Positions 60,031-64,000 of a DNA stretch of 64,000 bases are shown in pieces. The stretch comes from Macrostomum lignano (taxonomy: Eukaryota), in the NCBI GenBank assembly GCA_002269645.1, contig NIVC01000438.1:62001-126000 (forward strand), in the 5' to 3' direction. Within the stretch, counting starts at the first letter, position 1, and each line of letters opens with the position of its first letter. Below the pieces are notes generated by a model. That model was given only the letters and a program-made list of their open reading frames with translations. It was not told the DNA's origin and did no database searches. The position numbers and the translations under genes are program-made.

Positions 60031-60945
60031 TTGAATTTGCACAATATATTCAAGTTGGTTTGCACATTACGCGTTTATAGCTTCTATTTTTAGGCACTGT
60101 TTATTTACTTACCTTTGGGTCTAAGGGTACTTATATTGGAGATCATGAATGCTCAAAACAAACTCAACAGTACAGTACAGCATTCATGTGATGAGTCAGT
60201 TTTATAGAGCAACTGTGACTTGGTATTTTTTGCGGTTCCTGTAGATTTTTCTCCAGTTGCAGCACTGTTTTCAAAGGGTAGAGCAGTTTTTCTTAAATAG
60301 TTATTTGCATTTTCAAGGCGCCTTTTGATTGTAATTTTGATCATTTACTGTTGTCAATAGATACTCATTAGCGATGCAGTCACAGAATTTTGCAAAGCTT
60401 CTTTTTAGTGTCTGCTTAATTCTTGTTAGTTGTTGCTACTGCTATCCTTCTAGTCGGACTGAGGTAGGTGGTCTTTAAAATTTTATTTTTTCATTTCTGC
60501 ATATAGCTTGGAGTTGAATAGTTCTTTTGATCTATTGGTCTCTTTTACCCTTCTTGTTATTTTTAGATTGATCAGGCGATTTCTGATGCTTTGAAGAGTT
60601 TTTCTATCCCAAAAGACTACTGCAGTAGTTCACCGATATTTTCTTCTTTGGCTTCACAACTCGGAATGCACAATAACCTTAACAGTCACATGAAAATATT
60701 TAATTGGATCAAACTGTTTTCAAAGCGGAGTCTTAGTTGTGAACAGTCTTCCATTCACTGCACTCCAACGCCAGCTGTCTCTTCTGAATCTGAGATGAGC
60801 AAACTCGATTGTGACTCGAATCAAAGCAATTAGGAAAATAGCAGGCCAAACTCTTCTGATAATGTCCGGTGCCTTTCATTCGACTCAAACTCATGCAGCA
60901 GAGGAAAAGTTCTTGGAAGGTTTTTGCTGCTGAAACCTGACCTGG

Positions 60946-61850
60946 ATGCCATCCAATTGGCTGAGAGTTCAGATGGATCTAAATATATGTTTTGTAAGGC
61001 GCAGCTCAATGAAGCATTGTGTAAGTCGTTGCGTACACTGTCTGTGTGTTCTTCGAATGAGAGGATATTGCCACATTCAAGCCCCATCATCTCGAAAAAG
61101 ATCTTGCAACTTTTGGACGGTAAAGGCCTCTTGTAAAGTAGTGGGCTGCAGTAGAGTATACACTTTTTCCATGGAAAGAGCTCCAAGAAGTTCAGAACAA
61201 TGGGACTGGGTAGTTAACGGAGAAGGCGTATTCTGCCATGAAAACTGCGACCATCCAACATTTTGACGGCTAACCTTAGCTGAGGAGATGCATATCTGGC
61301 CAATTATTTCCTCTCGTGGAGTCAGTGCGGCCTATAGACAACTGTTATAGGAAAAAGAGCACAGAGTGCATATTTTAGCGAAAAACTTTGACTCCTGTAA
61401 GTCAAAGAATGTTTTAAAACGGGTAATGAAGCGCATCAGTGATAGTAAAAGATTACATAGGAAAGTCAGCAAGGAGTTGTATATAGTACAGATGGCACTT
61501 CTGGAAGAGTATCCATACTTATATTTGCCAAGAGTCATTAGAGAGCGCTGTTTGGATCCTGTGCGCCTGCAAATGTTCTCGGGATATCAGCTCGACTATC
61601 TTATTTCAGTTCTCAGACAGAGCAGTGTGACAGTTCTTCATATTGATTCAACTGGTTCAATAGTTACTAAGAGCAATTACCCTGGTCAGATGTATTTATA
61701 CTCCGTGGTAACAACTGCAACGAATACTGTGCAATCATGTTCAATTGCTGACTGTATCACAAATGAACACCACGTTGCTTCAATATTGACTTTTCTTCGC
61801 TTACTGAGGCACATACATGCGCAACCTCCAAAATTTGGTCGGCCGTGCGA
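60946..61850 (+). mobile_element. MULE/NOF-like transposase fragment
   Basis: N-terminal FW...ASCK..GC..VYTF Cys region, then LHIDSTGSIV...YLYSVV...SIADCITNEH..ASI..FL, typical of NOF-FB-like MULE cores. Stops and frameshift present; truncated near 61845. Confidence 0.6.
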
Positions 61851-62541
61851 CTTAGTTTTAACAAAAATGCGACGTAGTTTTCGGCCAAAAATGCGACTTA
61901 CATGAAAAAACCTGAAAGCAAAATTAACGCAACTTTGGGTAAACGGCAGGAGTAACTATGACTGTCTTTATTAAGGCAAAATGCTTCGTCAGCTACTTAA
62001 TACTACTTTGGTATTTATTTGGGTGGGCATTTTTGCAACTTACCTTGGTTGGCCACCAAATCAGTCGTCCATATCGGCCAACTATTGTGCATGTATGGTT
62101 TTGACTCTTGTCATTCCTTATCGTATTTGTACCCCATGTGGCACTAGAACAGTACACTTGACACGGAGTGTTTTAGGCATGATTGTACAGTGTAAGGTTG
62201 CAAAAGTGGGGAGTGGCAGAGATACATATGTATATATAGCTGTATGAGTATGATGGCACAAGCTAAGGCTAAGTCAATGCATGCAGCGATAAAAGCAGTC
62301 TGTAAAGCCAAATAGTGAAAGTTAACCTTAACTTATAGCACCTTGGCAGCCTATGCTGTCTGCCTGCATCTGATACGAGCATATAACTAAACTACCAAGG
62401 CAATTGGTTGTATTTACACTTACTTTCTGTACATGAATTGGTAAAGGTAAGGGCTTTTAAATGTTTTATTTATATAGTAATACTCATAAATCAATTTTAT
62501 TTTATCACCAAAATCATATACTCGACTTAATCTTTCACAGA

Positions 62542-64000
62542 ATGATGTACAGCCTTAGTTGTCTTTGCCTACTGATTCTAAGTGGCATCCTAGCTATCAA
62601 TGGTATTCTAGCTGAGAGTGAGTGCTCAATTGTTATAAATGAGTTAAATACTGATGAGCCTAATATTGGATCTCAAGAATTTTCAGAGTTCATTGAGCTA
62701 AAGAAAGTTTGTTCTACAACTGCAATGCTATTAGGATCAGTGCCAGTGAGACTCCATGATTTTCTTCTGATTGGAGTTCAAGAATATAGCGGCGATTTTA
62801 GACGACCTGTGGTTTCATTTTCTGCTGACTTCTATCGGTCCTCGGGCTTCAAAACGGACAGCAGTTTCTTTGTTATTGCATCAAAAGGGAAGCAGGAAGC
62901 AGCAGATATGTTTTTTACCGATACATCTATTGGGTATCAGGGAAAAACTAGACATGGGCTGCCAAGTTCCGCTCCTAGTAGATCATCGCAGTCATCCATC
63001 ATTGATTTTTTCAAGTCTGCTAGTAAGACAATTCCAACAGAACCAAATGCATTAAAGAATGGGAATGGTAAAAGTGCTATGGCCATTATTCTCTTGTATC
63101 AACGAGACTTTTCTAGATCAGAATCGGACAGTTCAAGTTCCACAACTGCCAGTAGCATTGGAAAACTGCGACTAGCTAAAATGCATGCAACACAAAGAAG
63201 ACCTGTTTATGAAGATAAAATTATCATTGATAACTCATTAGCTGAAATTATTAGGAACAATAACAGGTGCACATTTTTGAGTCCATTTATCGTAGGCTAA
63301 GAGACAAGCCCAACTACATCTTAAAGCCAGCAAGAGAATGGGATGAACTTGGTCATGAGGACTATTCAATAAACCGGTGCCCTGAATCCAGCAGTGAGTT
63401 ACGAAAGCCTTTGCTTTTTACAAGGTGGAAACTTGGACAGTTGACTCCAGGTAGATAAAATGACTGCTCAGGTGCTCATTGGATTTTAGAGGACAATATT
63501 GAAGCCATCATAAATACACCTTCAAGAGAAGCATGTACATTGGCAGACTCAGCATTAGCATCTGCTTCATCAGCAACAGAAAGAATCGAAATGCGACTAG
63601 CTCCTGCTCCAGCTCCATGTTCTGAAAGCTCACACCGTAGTGAATTGGCCAGGTCCTATGAATTTTCAGAGCAAATAGCAGCTAATCGAGATCATGCTGT
63701 TCAAACTGCTGCTGCAGAAACTTCTAATTTTTGCTCTGCTGCAAATGTACAGGAAAGAAGAGAGTTGTTGGAGAATGACCAGCAAACAAGCAAACTACAA
63801 GTGGAAATTATTAGGCAAGTAAATATTCAAAGACAATCAACGAAACGATCACTTTGCCAAAGTCCTATTGTTGATTTAGATTCGAGCGACTCAAGGGGTT
63901 CAGGTGATGTTGAAATAGTACAAGTAAATACTGCAGAAGCAGGGCCATCGCAAAGAAAAATACCATGCATAAGCACATCTGCAGACGCATGTCTAGCCAC
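62542..64000 (+). CDS. Secreted lamin-tail-domain-like protein (partial; interrupted near 63265; runs off the window)
   Basis: Signal peptide MMYSLSCLCLLILSGILAINGILA, then IVINELNTDEP..EFSEFIELK. Continues in the 63267 frame (IFESIY...NRC...LGQLTPG), then after an intron (~63452-63488) in an open frame to the window end. Confidence 0.6.

Noticed and set aside
63267-63295. 29-nt micro-intron in the lamin-tail-like gene
   Set aside because: GT-AG and phase fit, but the segment itself reads as plausible coding sequence (VHIFESIY) in the downstream frame. A frameshift or deletion is equally likely; unresolved.

Overview
Animal genomic DNA with short GT-AG introns and minisatellite-filled introns. 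The style suggests a free-living flatworm such as Macrostomum, but that is an inference. 1-34.6 kb is a tandem cluster of 12 recognisable two-exon genes plus several orphan exons. They encode secreted signal peptide + PAN/apple + F-type lectin (fucolectin, FTP domain) proteins. The copies share near-identical core sequence but have hypervariable loops beside the sugar pocket. Only four have full-length reading frames, and only one of those (33764-34572) keeps the canonical H-x26-R-x-D-x4-R fucose motif. The 21.5-34.6 kb half is a scrambled mosaic copy of blocks from 3-15.6 kb and contains chimeric genes. Embedded in the cluster are a decayed Crypton-like tyrosine recombinase element, a Ginger-like integrase DNA transposon with TIRs, LINE fragments, SINEs, MITEs and a possible bHLH-PAS relic. 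Downstream lie an EnSpm/CACTA transposon (34640-39097), hAT MITEs and a PNRC-like gene (minus strand). A multi-exon X-family DNA polymerase of the Pol mu/TdT type follows (minus strand), with a TdT-like LDHFEK motif. The window ends with a mariner-type MITE, a NOF/MULE-like transposase fragment and a secreted lamin-tail-like protein gene running off the end. All calls come from manual reading; no database searches were run.
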